From Pseudomonadota bacterium (GTDB lineage Bacteria > Pseudomonadota > Alphaproteobacteria > Rhodobacterales > Rhodobacteraceae), in NCBI GenBank assembly GCA_038746695.1, contig JBCDKL010000001.1, positions 28,451 to 92,450 on the forward strand: DNA of 64,000 bases, read 5' to 3'. The notes under the pieces are model-generated. The model did not search any database. It was not told the DNA's origin and worked only from the letters and a program-made list of their open reading frames with translations. Positions 28,828 to 38,065 of this stretch are shown one piece after another (position 1 is the stretch's first letter; each line of letters starts with the position of its first letter). A program made the translations under genes and the position numbers.

Positions 28828-29975
28828 TGAAGTATGTTCAGGAATTCCGGGATCCCAAAGCGGCCAAGGGCGTGCTCGCGGCGATTGAGAAGGTCTGTGA
28901 CGAGATCGGCGCGACCGCCGAAAAGCCCGTCCATATCATGGAGATCTGCGGTGGGCATACCCATGCGATCTTTCGCTACGGGCTCGACAAGCTGACCCCG
29001 CCGGGGATCGAGTTTATCCATGGACCTGGTTGCCCGGTCTGTGTGCTGCCCATGAGCCGGGTCGATGAATGTGTCGAATTGGCCGAGCGTCCAGAGGTGA
29101 TTTTCACCACGTTCGGCGATGCCATGCGTGTGCCGGGGACTCGCAAATCCCTGCTTCAGGCCAAGGCCGATGGGGCCGATATCCGCATGGTCTATTCGCC
29201 GCTCGACGCGCTGGAGCTGGCGCGTCGCAACCCGGACCGGGAAGTCGTGTTCTTTGGGCTCGGCTTCGAGACCACGACGCCGTCGACCGCGCTCAGTATT
29301 CAGGCGGCGGCGCGCGAGGGGCTGACGAATTTCAGTGTCTTCTGCAACCACATCACCGTGCCGCCGCCCATCAAGGCGCTGCTCGACGATCCGCATATGG
29401 TGCTGGACGGGTTCGTGGGGCCGGGTCATGTGAGCATGGTGATCGGTGTGCATCCCTATGATTTCATTGCCGAGACGTATGGCAAACCACTGGTCGTGGC
29501 CGGGTTCGAGCCGCTGGATCTCCTGCAGTCAGTGCTCATGGTTTTGGAACAGATCCGCGATGGGCGCGCTGAGATCGAGAACCAGTATGCCCGTGTGGTG
29601 CCCGAGCATGGCAACCCGGTGAGCCTTGCGGCGATTGCCGATGTCTACGAGCCGCGCCCGACATTCGAGTGGCGTGGGCTGGGCGAGATCGACGCCAGCG
29701 GGTTGCGGATCCGCGAGACCTATGCCGGGTTCGACGCCGAGGAAAAGTTCGAGATCGGCTATGGGGCGGAGCGTCGCGTGGTCGAGGAGATTGAGGGCTG
29801 TGCCTGTGGCGCGGTGATGACCGGGCGGATGAAGCCTGTGCAATGTCTGCAATTCGGCCGGGGCTGCACGCCTGACATGCCTCTTGGCGCCTTGATGGTC
29901 AGTTCCGAAGGGGCCTGCGCGGCCTACTACCAATATGGCGGGGCCCGGGCGCTGGATCCGGTTGCGGCGGAGTAG
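28827..29975 (+). CDS. hypD: Hydrogenase maturation protein HypD
   Basis: MEICGGHT, GPGCPVC, GFETT, PGHVS and MVSSEGAC motifs. Confidence 0.96.
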   Translation: MKYVQEFRDPKAAKGVLAAIEKVCDEIGATAEKPVHIMEICGGHTHAIFRYGLDKLTPPGIEFIHGPGCPVCVLPMSRVDECVELAERPEVIFTTFGDAMRVPGTRKSLLQAKADGADIRMVYSPLDALELARRNPDREVVFFGLGFETTTPSTALSIQAAAREGLTNFSVFCNHITVPPPIKALLDDPHMVLDGFVGPGHVSMVIGVHPYDFIAETYGKPLVVAGFEPLDLLQSVLMVLEQIRDGRAEIENQYARVVPEHGNPVSLAAIADVYEPRPTFEWRGLGEIDASGLRIRETYAGFDAEEKFEIGYGAERRVVEEIEGCACGAVMTGRMKPVQCLQFGRGCTPDMPLGALMVSSEGACAAYYQYGGARALDPVAAE

Positions 29976-30031
29976 GGGGCTCTGCCCCCGCGCGCGTTGC
30001 GCGCTCCCTCGGAGTATTTGACGAACAATGA
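29975..30031 (+). repeat. Dispersed REP-like palindromic element, copy 1
   Basis: GGGGGCTCTGCCCCC-GCGCGCGTTGCGCGC-TCCCTCGGAGTATTTGACGAACAATGA; closely similar to the reverse complement of 59618-59673. Confidence 0.75.
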
Positions 30032-30044
30032 GAAGGTGGGCGCG

Positions 30045-31076
30045 ATGACAGCCAAGAGCTTGCGCGACACGGCAGTGACCCTGTCCCATGGGGGCGGTGG
30101 TAAGGCGATGCGGGATCTGATCGAGGTGGTGTTCACCTCGGTCTTCGAGCCGGACGGGATGGAGGATCAGGCCCGCCTGACCTCTGAGGCGCTGGCGGAG
30201 CCCGGGGCAAGACTGGCCTTCACGACAGACAGTTTCGTGGTGGATCCGGTAGAGTTTCCCGGCGGCGATATCGGCAAGATTGCGGTCTGTGGTACAGTGA
30301 ATGATCTGGCGGTTGGCGGGGCGCAACCTCTCTGGCTTTCGGCGGCGTTCATCCTTGAGGAAGGGGTTGAGATCGCGCTGGTGCAGCGGGTGGTCGCCTC
30401 CATGGCGCGGGAGGCGGCGGCGGCGGGCGTGCGCATCGTCACCGGCGATACCAAAGTGGTCGGGCGAGGTTCGGCCGACAAGATTTTCGTGACAACTTCA
30501 GGCGTTGGGGTCATCCCGCCGGGCCGCGAGCTGGCCGCTGACCATGTGCGCCCGGGCGATGTGGCGATTGTGAATGGTGTACTCGGGGATCATGGCGCGA
30601 CCATCCTCGCAGCGCGTGGAGACATGGCGCTCAGCTCGGAGATCGCCTCGGATTGTCAGTCGCTCAACGGGTTGATGGACGCGGTGCTGTTGGCGGCCCC
30701 GAATGCGCGGGCGGCGCGCGATGCGACACGGGGGGGGCTGGCCTCGGCCCTTAACGAGATCGCCGAGGCGGCGTCCGTTGGCGTTGTGCTCGACGAGACT
30801 GCGATCCCCATGCGCGACGAGGTGCGCGGGACTTGCGAGATCCTCGGGCTTGATCCGCTGTATCTCGCCAATGAGGGCACGCTCGTGGTTTTCGTGCCCG
30901 AGGCGGAGGCAGAGGCCGCGCTCGCGGCCATGCGGGGCACCGAGGCCGGGCGCGCGGCGTGCGTCGTCGGGCGCGCGGTGGCCGAGCATCCGGGCCGGGT
31001 GGTCATGACGACGCTGTTTGGCGGCACGCGGATCGTCGACATGCTGGTGGGTGAGCAACTGCCCCGGATCTGTTGA
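30045..31076 (+). CDS. hypE: Carbamoyl dehydratase HypE
   Basis: HGGGG, TTDSFVV, GTVNDL, GDTKVV and DATRGG motifs; C-terminal PRIC. Confidence 0.96.
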   Translation: MTAKSLRDTAVTLSHGGGGKAMRDLIEVVFTSVFEPDGMEDQARLTSEALAEPGARLAFTTDSFVVDPVEFPGGDIGKIAVCGTVNDLAVGGAQPLWLSAAFILEEGVEIALVQRVVASMAREAAAAGVRIVTGDTKVVGRGSADKIFVTTSGVGVIPPGRELAADHVRPGDVAIVNGVLGDHGATILAARGDMALSSEIASDCQSLNGLMDAVLLAAPNARAARDATRGGLASALNEIAEAASVGVVLDETAIPMRDEVRGTCEILGLDPLYLANEGTLVVFVPEAEAEAALAAMRGTEAGRAACVVGRAVAEHPGRVVMTTLFGGTRIVDMLVGEQLPRIC

Positions 31077-31712
31077 TCACCGCGACGCGATGGGCGCGCG
31101 ATAGACATAGGCGGTGTATTCATAAAGGTCGTAATCGGCCCGCAGGATCACGCGCCGCCCGGCAAGCTCATAGAGCCAGCGTAGCAGCGCGTCGCACTCC
31201 ACGTGGAAAAGGTCCTCGCGCTGCCAATCGACCACGGCGGACATGACGTTGAAGGCCATGCCGTGCCGCGTCATTGCCCACATCGCGCGGGTGGTGGCGC
31301 GCAGGAAGTCCCACATCTCCGTCTGGCTCAGGCTGTCTTTGACAGTGAAGAGCCCGTTGGCGATCACATAGTCGAACGTCCCCGGCGCCGGATCTTGCAG
31401 GATGTCATGCCGGGCGAAGTGCTCGGTGCCGTGTTTCGCCTGGGCCGCAGCAATAGCCGTGTCTGAAATGTCGAGGCCGAGATAGCGCTGAGGCGGTTGT
31501 CCTGTCGCAATGAGGTGGTCGAGAAACGTCCCGGTGCCGCAGGCCAGATCGCAGAGATCCTGCATCTGCCCCTCGGGTGCCAGCTCCCGCATGATCCGAA
31601 ACCGGGTTTGGCGGTCCATCTCATTGGGCCAGCCCGCGCCTTGGGCGGTGTCGCCGTGATCGGCGAGGCGGCGGTCATAATAGTGCTGCAAGGTCTCGGG
31701 GCTGCGATCCAT
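31077..31712 (-). CDS. Class I SAM-dependent methyltransferase
   Basis: DLACGTG motif I, YLGLDIS and FDYVIANG. Confidence 0.85.
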   Translation of the reverse strand: MDRSPETLQHYYDRRLADHGDTAQGAGWPNEMDRQTRFRIMRELAPEGQMQDLCDLACGTGTFLDHLIATGQPPQRYLGLDISDTAIAAAQAKHGTEHFARHDILQDPAPGTFDYVIANGLFTVKDSLSQTEMWDFLRATTRAMWAMTRHGMAFNVMSAVVDWQREDLFHVECDALLRWLYELAGRRVILRADYDLYEYTAYVYRAPIASR

Positions 31713-32362
31713 CAGGGCTGGACCTCCTCGGGCGAGGGAAGGTGGGCAAGCTCGGCGCGGAGTACGCGGGTGGGCTCGGTCGAAAGCGCATGCAACATGG
31801 AAAATCGAGCCCCTGCATAAGGCGCGAGGAAGGCCAATTGCAGGTCGTGATCGCGAAATTCCTTGGCGTTATAGAGGTCACGCCCGCCGGGCAGGTTCAC
31901 ATAGGTTTGCGCGCCCACCGCCCGGCTTGCGGCGATCACCCGGTCCTGTCCCCGCAGGTCCCGGCGTAGACCCAGGCTGGAGCTGCGCCGAAGCGGCGTG
32001 GTGATGCCGAGCATTGCACAGGCGCGCTGCAACTGGGTTTCGAGATAGGCGGTCACACTGGGCGCAAAGGGGGTGAAGAGATGCTCTTTCATCTCCTTTG
32101 ACAGCCAAGGCAGGGCCTCGAGGCGGGCCGCCCAAAGGGCATCTGCCTCAGGCGCAAAGGTGAGATCCTGGATCAAAGTTTCGCGCGGCTGGCGGGCCAG
32201 GGGCAGGGTCAGCCAGTTGTGACCGGGCAACGGGGCGCGGTGGATACGCCCGCGTCGGGGGAACTGAACGCAATCAAAGAGAATGAACAGATCCACCGAT
32301 GCAACCAGGTGGAAATAGAGCGGGTAGGGGTAGAGATAGGGCTGCATCACCGCGACCCGCAT
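31712..32362 (-). CDS. wbqC: WbqC-like family protein
   Basis: AVMQPYLYPY, FILFDCVQF, WLTLP and YVNLPGGRDLY, typical of the WbqC family. Confidence 0.85.
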   Translation of the reverse strand: MRVAVMQPYLYPYPLYFHLVASVDLFILFDCVQFPRRGRIHRAPLPGHNWLTLPLARQPRETLIQDLTFAPEADALWAARLEALPWLSKEMKEHLFTPFAPSVTAYLETQLQRACAMLGITTPLRRSSSLGLRRDLRGQDRVIAASRAVGAQTYVNLPGGRDLYNAKEFRDHDLQLAFLAPYAGARFSMLHALSTEPTRVLRAELAHLPSPEEVQP

Positions 32363-33294
32363 CAGCGGCTCCCGGCCTTGGCGGCGGCTGCGGCCTGCCG
32401 GGCGAGGGCTTCGGCCCGTCGGTCGGCAAAGATCCCGTGGGCGGTGCGCACCTGACCGGCCTCGGTCATCCTAGCCAGGGTTTCGACCCCATAGAACTGC
32501 CGGTCGAACTCTGTGCGCAAACCGCCCGCCTCATAGATTTCGAGCCAGCGCCGCCAGTGCCAGGCGATATTGCCGGAATGGGCTGCATCATAGCGCTCAA
32601 AAACACCCGCGATGTTCTGCACCTTGCGCTCGAACCGCGCGAAGGTGGTGAAGGGCAGGTGGGCGACGACGATATCTTGCCCACGGGCCCGGCGCAGCAC
32701 GCTCGGATCTGCGGTGGCGACCTGATGCATGCCGAGCCCGTAACTCTGCACGGTTTCCGGACGCACCATGAGCTTGGGCCCGATGCGATGGGTGACCCAG
32801 CGCAGGTTTGGATCCTCCGCCATGGCCTGCCGCGACAGTGGCACGCGATCCACCAGAAGCGGCAGGTCGCGCAGCGCCGCATCGCTGTCCAGAGTAGAAA
32901 GATCGACCTCTCCGGTGCCGAGCGCTGCGTTGAACCGCTCAACCACGACAACGTCGTGGCTTTGCAAGGCACGGGTCAGACGCAGATCGCCACGAATGGG
33001 CATCCAGAATTCGTCCGCATCGGTGACCATCAGCCAATCGGGCCGGTCGCGCTGCAGGATCGGACCAAAGATCGGCCCGTCCAGCCCGAGCGACGCGTTG
33101 AGGTCAATGACCCGCGCACAGCGATGTACGTTGTCATGGTCCGCGCAGAGCCGATCGACCAGCGCGCCGGTTCCATCCGTGGACCCATCATCCATGATAC
33201 TGACCGAGAACACACCGCTACGCTGAAGCTGGGCCACGGCCCTGCCAAGCAGGTCGACTTCGTCCTTCACCCAGATCACTGCGCTGATTTTCAC
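32362..33294 (-). CDS. Glycosyltransferase family 2-like protein (GT-A fold)
   Basis: GTG start with GGAAGG RBS; VKDE, DDGSTDGT and DADEF (DxD) motifs. Confidence 0.8.
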   Translation of the reverse strand: MKISAVIWVKDEVDLLGRAVAQLQRSGVFSVSIMDDGSTDGTGALVDRLCADHDNVHRCARVIDLNASLGLDGPIFGPILQRDRPDWLMVTDADEFWMPIRGDLRLTRALQSHDVVVVERFNAALGTGEVDLSTLDSDAALRDLPLLVDRVPLSRQAMAEDPNLRWVTHRIGPKLMVRPETVQSYGLGMHQVATADPSVLRRARGQDIVVAHLPFTTFARFERKVQNIAGVFERYDAAHSGNIAWHWRRWLEIYEAGGLRTEFDRQFYGVETLARMTEAGQVRTAHGIFADRRAEALARQAAAAAKAGSR

Positions 33295-33541
33295 AGTTCG
33301 CGGCCTTCCATCGGCGCCCGGAACCGAGTGTTTCGGGCTTGGGGCTGAGCATACAGGGCGGTGCGAGACGCTCAACCAACCCCCCGACGGTCAGGCACGC
33401 GCCGAGCCTGCAGGTCAGGAAACGTCGCGGTTGCGCCACAGTGGCCGGGGCTGATTGCACTTTCCCACGGTGTTGATGCACCATAGCATGGCGCTCAGCG
33501 GGCTATCTTGCTGCGCGGTTTCTAAGATGGACAACAGAGTC

Positions 33542-34699
33542 ATGAGCGGCGACCTGCACAAAGTGTGCGATCCCCTTCTGCCAAGCGCGCAAGAGATCTT
33601 GGCCTATCTGGAGGTTCCGGATCGCAATCGTTGGTATGCGAACCGCGGAGAGCTTGTGCGTGGGCTCGAGACCCGGTTGTCCGAGGCGCTGGGCGCGGAT
33701 CATGACGTCGTCACCAGCACGGCCTCCGGAACCGCTGCGCTGGAGGCGTCGATCCTGGCAACGGCAGGGTCGCCGCAACCGGAGCGCCCCTTGGCGCTGT
33801 TGCCGTCTTATACCTTCGCGGCGACGGCTCTTGCGGTGGAGCGTTGCGGATACACGCCCTATTTTGCCGATGTGGACCCCGGGACATGGTCGCTCGACCC
33901 CAGGGCTTTGGCGGCTCATCCGGCCCTGTCGCAGGTCGGGGTGATCGTGGTGGTCGCGCCCTATGGCCGGCTCCCGGATCTGGCGGCGTTTGAGGCGCTG
34001 CGCGCGGCCACGGGCATACCGGTGGTCGTGGATGCCGCCGCCGCGTTCGAAGCGGTCGTCGCAACCCCAGAGGCGATCACATCCACGATTCCGGTTTGTC
34101 TGAGCTTTCACGCGACCAAAACCTTCTCCACCGGGGAAGGCGGTGCAGTGATCTGGGACCTGCAGGCCGGGCGTGAGCGGATCTCACAGGCCACGAATTT
34201 CGGGTTTCTGAACTCCCGGGAGTGTCGCTCAGCGGGCTTCAATGGGAAGATGAGCGAGTACCACGCTGCGGTGGGGCATGCGATGCTTGACATGTTCGAC
34301 CGCCGCGCGAGGGCCTACGCGGCGGTCTCTGACCTCTACCGCGCCGCCTTTCAAGCCGAGGGCGTGCCCGGGCAACTGCATGTGTCGCCAGAGGTGAGTT
34401 CGGCCTATGCCTTGTTGGAAGTGGCGAGCGGGGCCGCTGCGGATCCCTTGCTCAATGGGCTGGATGCGGCGGCCTTTGGTTGGCGGCGCTGGTACGAGCA
34501 TGGCCTCCACGAGATGTCCCATTTCGCAGAGTGTCCGCAGGATCCATTGCCCGTGACCGCCGATCTCGGTCTGCGCCTCATCGGATTGCCCATGGCGCCA
34601 GATTTGACCGAGGACCGAATTGCCGCGATTGCGGCCCATCTGGCCCGCGCGACGCGGGACAGGCCCGACGCCCCTGCCGCGGTGCGGTCCGCGTCGTGA
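33542..34699 (+). CDS. DegT/DnrJ/EryC1/StrS (VioA-like) PLP-dependent sugar aminotransferase
   Basis: SGTAAL, PSYTFAAT, DAAA, SFHATK (PLP lysine) and NGKMSE motifs; start could instead be 33527. Confidence 0.87.
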   Translation: MSGDLHKVCDPLLPSAQEILAYLEVPDRNRWYANRGELVRGLETRLSEALGADHDVVTSTASGTAALEASILATAGSPQPERPLALLPSYTFAATALAVERCGYTPYFADVDPGTWSLDPRALAAHPALSQVGVIVVVAPYGRLPDLAAFEALRAATGIPVVVDAAAAFEAVVATPEAITSTIPVCLSFHATKTFSTGEGGAVIWDLQAGRERISQATNFGFLNSRECRSAGFNGKMSEYHAAVGHAMLDMFDRRARAYAAVSDLYRAAFQAEGVPGQLHVSPEVSSAYALLEVASGAAADPLLNGLDAAAFGWRRWYEHGLHEMSHFAECPQDPLPVTADLGLRLIGLPMAPDLTEDRIAAIAAHLARATRDRPDAPAAVRSAS

Positions 34700-36099
34700 T
34701 GGAACGGCCTGCCGAGATCCCGGCCACACTCTGGGCGCAGATCTGCAAACGGGCCACCCCGCCTCCAAACGGGCGGCCGGTCTCGCTGATGAATGCGATG
34801 CATGTGAAACGGGATTTGCGACAGGCCCTGCCGATGGAGTCAGCGGTCGCGGTCTATGCGAAGCTGATGTCGCTCGCGCCTGGGTGTCGGACCGTCGAGA
34901 TGGAGATTGCCCCGCTCGAATCGGCGCTTGAGGCGGGCGCAGGCCCTGTAACGCGTCTGAATTGCGGAGGCGCGCCGCTCAGCAATCGCGCGCCGGTGAC
35001 CTATGGCCCGGCGCAGGTACCGGGGTTCGACAATCGGGGCCGCCGGGTCCTGTCGGGCTGGCTGCACGGGGCGACGGTCTTCGGTCGCTCTGCCCTGATC
35101 GCGCAGGAGGGGCGTTTGCTGCTCGATGCCACGGCAGAAGAGCGCGTGGCGCTACCGGTGGAACTGGCCTTTGACCCCATCGTCTTCGAACGCAGCGCCC
35201 CGGATCGTGCGCAGGTTTTGGTCGAGACCGGTGCTCCGCGCCGCAGATTTCCACGAGCCCTCTCGATGCTTGGAATCAATTCGGTGTCCTTCGGTCATTG
35301 GATGATGGAGCATCTGCCGCAGTTTCTGGCGGCGCAAGCGGCGCTCGGTGTGGATCTGAGCATGCCGGATGGCGCGCGATTGCCGGTCCTGATCGATACG
35401 CATATGCCGCGCCAACACGTGCAGTCGCTGCGGTTTTTTGCTGGTGCGCAAGGCTTGGACCTTGTCGAGGTCGGCAAGGGCGAAGCGGTGGAGGTGGCGC
35501 AGCTTTTCGTGACGCAGAACTGGATGCATGCACCCCATCTGCTGCTGACGGATCAAGGCTTGGACATCGCGGCCCTGCACCCGACCGCCATCGGACTAGC
35601 CGGGACCTATCGCGCGGTCTCGGACCGGGTCGAGACACTGGTCGCCTCCGGGGACGCGGCAGAGGCGCCGGCAGAGCGGCTCTTTTGGGCGCGCAAGCCG
35701 AACCGGCACAGGGCCATCGACAATTGGGATGAGATACGCGGCAAGCTGGAGGCGCTGGGCTACAAGACCTGTTTCCCTGAGGACTTGAGCTTTGATGAAC
35801 AGATCCGTGCCATCCGCGGGGCCAGACGGATCGCAGTGCAGAACGGCTCTGGCTCGCTCGGGCTCTTTCTGGCAGCGGCGGGAACCCGGCTGTTGTATCT
35901 GAGCCATCCGGACATGTCGCGGCTGGCCATGCAGGTCGAGGCGCATGCCCAGACTGGGGTCGAGATGCGGGTGCTGGCCGGGTCGTTCTCCAGGCGGACG
36001 GATCGCTGGGTTGATCAGTCGAACTACCGGATTGCGGAACCGGATTTCGACGCCGCCATGGCCTGGCTCGATGCGCCAATGCAGGAGGGCGCGCCATGA
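34699..36099 (+). CDS. Glycosyltransferase family 61 (DUF563)-like protein
   Basis: FGHWMMEHLP, R..R.IDN and PEDLSFDEQIRAIRGA...NGSG pattern. Confidence 0.72.
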   Translation: MERPAEIPATLWAQICKRATPPPNGRPVSLMNAMHVKRDLRQALPMESAVAVYAKLMSLAPGCRTVEMEIAPLESALEAGAGPVTRLNCGGAPLSNRAPVTYGPAQVPGFDNRGRRVLSGWLHGATVFGRSALIAQEGRLLLDATAEERVALPVELAFDPIVFERSAPDRAQVLVETGAPRRRFPRALSMLGINSVSFGHWMMEHLPQFLAAQAALGVDLSMPDGARLPVLIDTHMPRQHVQSLRFFAGAQGLDLVEVGKGEAVEVAQLFVTQNWMHAPHLLLTDQGLDIAALHPTAIGLAGTYRAVSDRVETLVASGDAAEAPAERLFWARKPNRHRAIDNWDEIRGKLEALGYKTCFPEDLSFDEQIRAIRGARRIAVQNGSGSLGLFLAAAGTRLLYLSHPDMSRLAMQVEAHAQTGVEMRVLAGSFSRRTDRWVDQSNYRIAEPDFDAAMAWLDAPMQEGAP

Positions 36100-36767
36100 C
36101 GCGAACCGATATCGTGCTCTTTGGGGCGGGGGACATGGCGGCGGTCGTCGCGGTCTATATCCGGGCAGAAGCCCCCCATCTGAACATTGTCGGCTACACG
36201 CTGGACGATGCCTTTTGCACGGCTGAGCGTCATGACGGTCTCCCCCTCGTGCCCTGGTCACAGCTTGAGACACATTTCCCGCCGGACAAGGTGCAGCTGC
36301 TCGGGCCACTGACCTACCAGCGCATGAACACGATCCGCCGGGACCGGTATCTGGAAGGCAAGGCCCGGGGCTATAGCTTTACCAGCTTTCTCCACCCGGA
36401 CTGCCATTACTACGGCGAGAGCATTGGCGAAAACTGTGTGATCCTTGAGCGCAACATCATCCAGCCCTTCGCCAAGATTGGGAATAACTGCATCCTGTGG
36501 AGCGGCAACCATATCGGCCACCATGTCACCATAGGCGATCATGTGTTCATCTCCTCCCAGGTCGGGGTCGCGGGCTCCACGGTGATCGGGGATGAGTGCC
36601 ATCTGGCCGGACAGGTCGCGGTGACCCATGGGTTGAAGATCGGGCGGGCGTCGGCACTGTTGAATGCCGCACTCGTGTCGCAAGATGTCCCGGACGAGGG
36701 AGTGGTGGTGGGGCCTGCACCTGAAACTAAGCCCTTCAAAAGCAGTCGGATGCGCAGGTTGCTGTGA
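36096..36767 (+). CDS. Hexapeptide-repeat (NeuD/PglD-like) sugar acyltransferase
   Basis: N-terminal LFGAG Rossmann-like segment plus left-handed beta-helix repeats (IGENCV, IGNNCI, IGHHVTIGDHVF). Confidence 0.85.
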   Translation: MTRTDIVLFGAGDMAAVVAVYIRAEAPHLNIVGYTLDDAFCTAERHDGLPLVPWSQLETHFPPDKVQLLGPLTYQRMNTIRRDRYLEGKARGYSFTSFLHPDCHYYGESIGENCVILERNIIQPFAKIGNNCILWSGNHIGHHVTIGDHVFISSQVGVAGSTVIGDECHLAGQVAVTHGLKIGRASALLNAALVSQDVPDEGVVVGPAPETKPFKSSRMRRLL

Positions 36768-37732
36768 TCGGTGCGCGGCCAGATCAGTGGCAGCGTCGCG
36801 GGGTGATCCAGATCGCCCCCGAGCCTGGCATCGGCTGGTGGAAGACCCATGCCCAGAACCCGACGCCCCTGATCTTCGGCGACCGGCAATGGCGGCTCTA
36901 TTTCGCGGTGCGTGATCAGGAGAACCGGGCGCGCATGCTCTGGGTCGATGTGGACCCGCTGGACGGAATGCGGATCACAGCCCGCGCCGTCGAGCCGATC
37001 CTACCCCTGGGCGCGCCGGGCTGTTTCGACAGTGCGGGCCAGGGGCCGAGTGTGGCGCTTTGGCGGGATGGGACCGTATATTTATACTACATGGGGATGC
37101 ATTTGCGGCGGGATGTGCCATACGGGTTGGCCCTTGGTCTCGCGACAAGCGCCGACGGCGCGCGTTTCGCCCGCCAGAGCCCTGGGCCGGTCCTGTCCGT
37201 TGGGCCGTTGGATCCGTATTTTGTCTCGCTGGCCCATATTCAGCCCGAGACCGAGGGCTTTTCCGCGTGGTATATGACGGCCACTGGCTGGACCCCGCGC
37301 CCGGAGGGGCCTGCGGATGCGGATTATGGCGTTCGGCGGGCCGTTTCCGAGGATGGTCTGACATGGAGTCCGCAGGACGTTCTGATCGCGCCTGGCACCG
37401 CGAAGCTGCCGGAGGGCGGTGGGCTGGCCCGGCCCTGGCGGGCGCGGATTGACGGGATCGAGCGGCTCTTTTTCTCTTACCGGGCGCGGACTGACTTCCG
37501 GACGGATCGGGACGCGGCCTATCGCATTCTATCCCTGCCGCTTGATGCGGAGGGGATGCCCGCAGGCCCCGCAGAGCCGCTGGCCTTTGCGAACCCGCCG
37601 ACCGCATCGGACTGGGACGGGTTCATGCAGGCCTATCCGACGGTCCTGCCGCTCGGGCAGGGCCATGTGATGTTCTACAATGGCAACGGGTTTGGCCAGA
37701 TCGGTTTCGGCTGGGCCACGCGCGGTGTCTGA
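36764..37732 (+). CDS. Predicted five-bladed beta-propeller glycoside-hydrolase-like protein of unknown function
   Basis: HAQNPTP, RLYF, GCFDSAG, LATSADG, AVSEDGLTW and YNGNGFG motifs. Confidence 0.65.
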   Translation: MIGARPDQWQRRGVIQIAPEPGIGWWKTHAQNPTPLIFGDRQWRLYFAVRDQENRARMLWVDVDPLDGMRITARAVEPILPLGAPGCFDSAGQGPSVALWRDGTVYLYYMGMHLRRDVPYGLALGLATSADGARFARQSPGPVLSVGPLDPYFVSLAHIQPETEGFSAWYMTATGWTPRPEGPADADYGVRRAVSEDGLTWSPQDVLIAPGTAKLPEGGGLARPWRARIDGIERLFFSYRARTDFRTDRDAAYRILSLPLDAEGMPAGPAEPLAFANPPTASDWDGFMQAYPTVLPLGQGHVMFYNGNGFGQIGFGWATRGV

Positions 37733-37748
37733 CCTTTGAGCTGATCGC

Positions 37749-37958
37749 TCAGGCGACCTCGTCCACGAAGCCCAAACGGGTCAGCGCACGGGTTGCGGCA
37801 TGCGCCATCTCAGCGCTGCCTTCGAGGATCTCCTCATTCAGAGCATGGACAAGAGCACTCAGGCGTTTATGCGCGATCTGATCCCGCAGAAACTCTCCGA
37901 TATCCTCATCGCCCAGAGCAAGGACATCAGCGGCAGAAGACCGAACTTCATGTTGCAT
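37749..37958 (-). CDS. Small hypothetical protein (about 69 aa)
   Basis: ATG 37958 with AGAAGGT upstream; helical composition; fills the intergenic space. Confidence 0.55.
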   Translation of the reverse strand: MQHEVRSSAADVLALGDEDIGEFLRDQIAHKRLSALVHALNEEILEGSAEMAHAATRALTRLGFVDEVA

Positions 37959-38065
37959 GTGGCAGCACCTTCTAGAGAGCAATTCTCCAATCCCCACGAA
38001 TTCGTTACCAGAGAGTTACCCTTCAGGGCGAGTCAAATTCGCATGGGTCCCGGGGGCTGCGGCGC

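Noticed and set aside
11482-37732. Formal genomic island or mobile element call
   Set aside because: No integrase, tRNA, att-like direct repeats or obvious compositional break visible; only the accessory gene content suggests it
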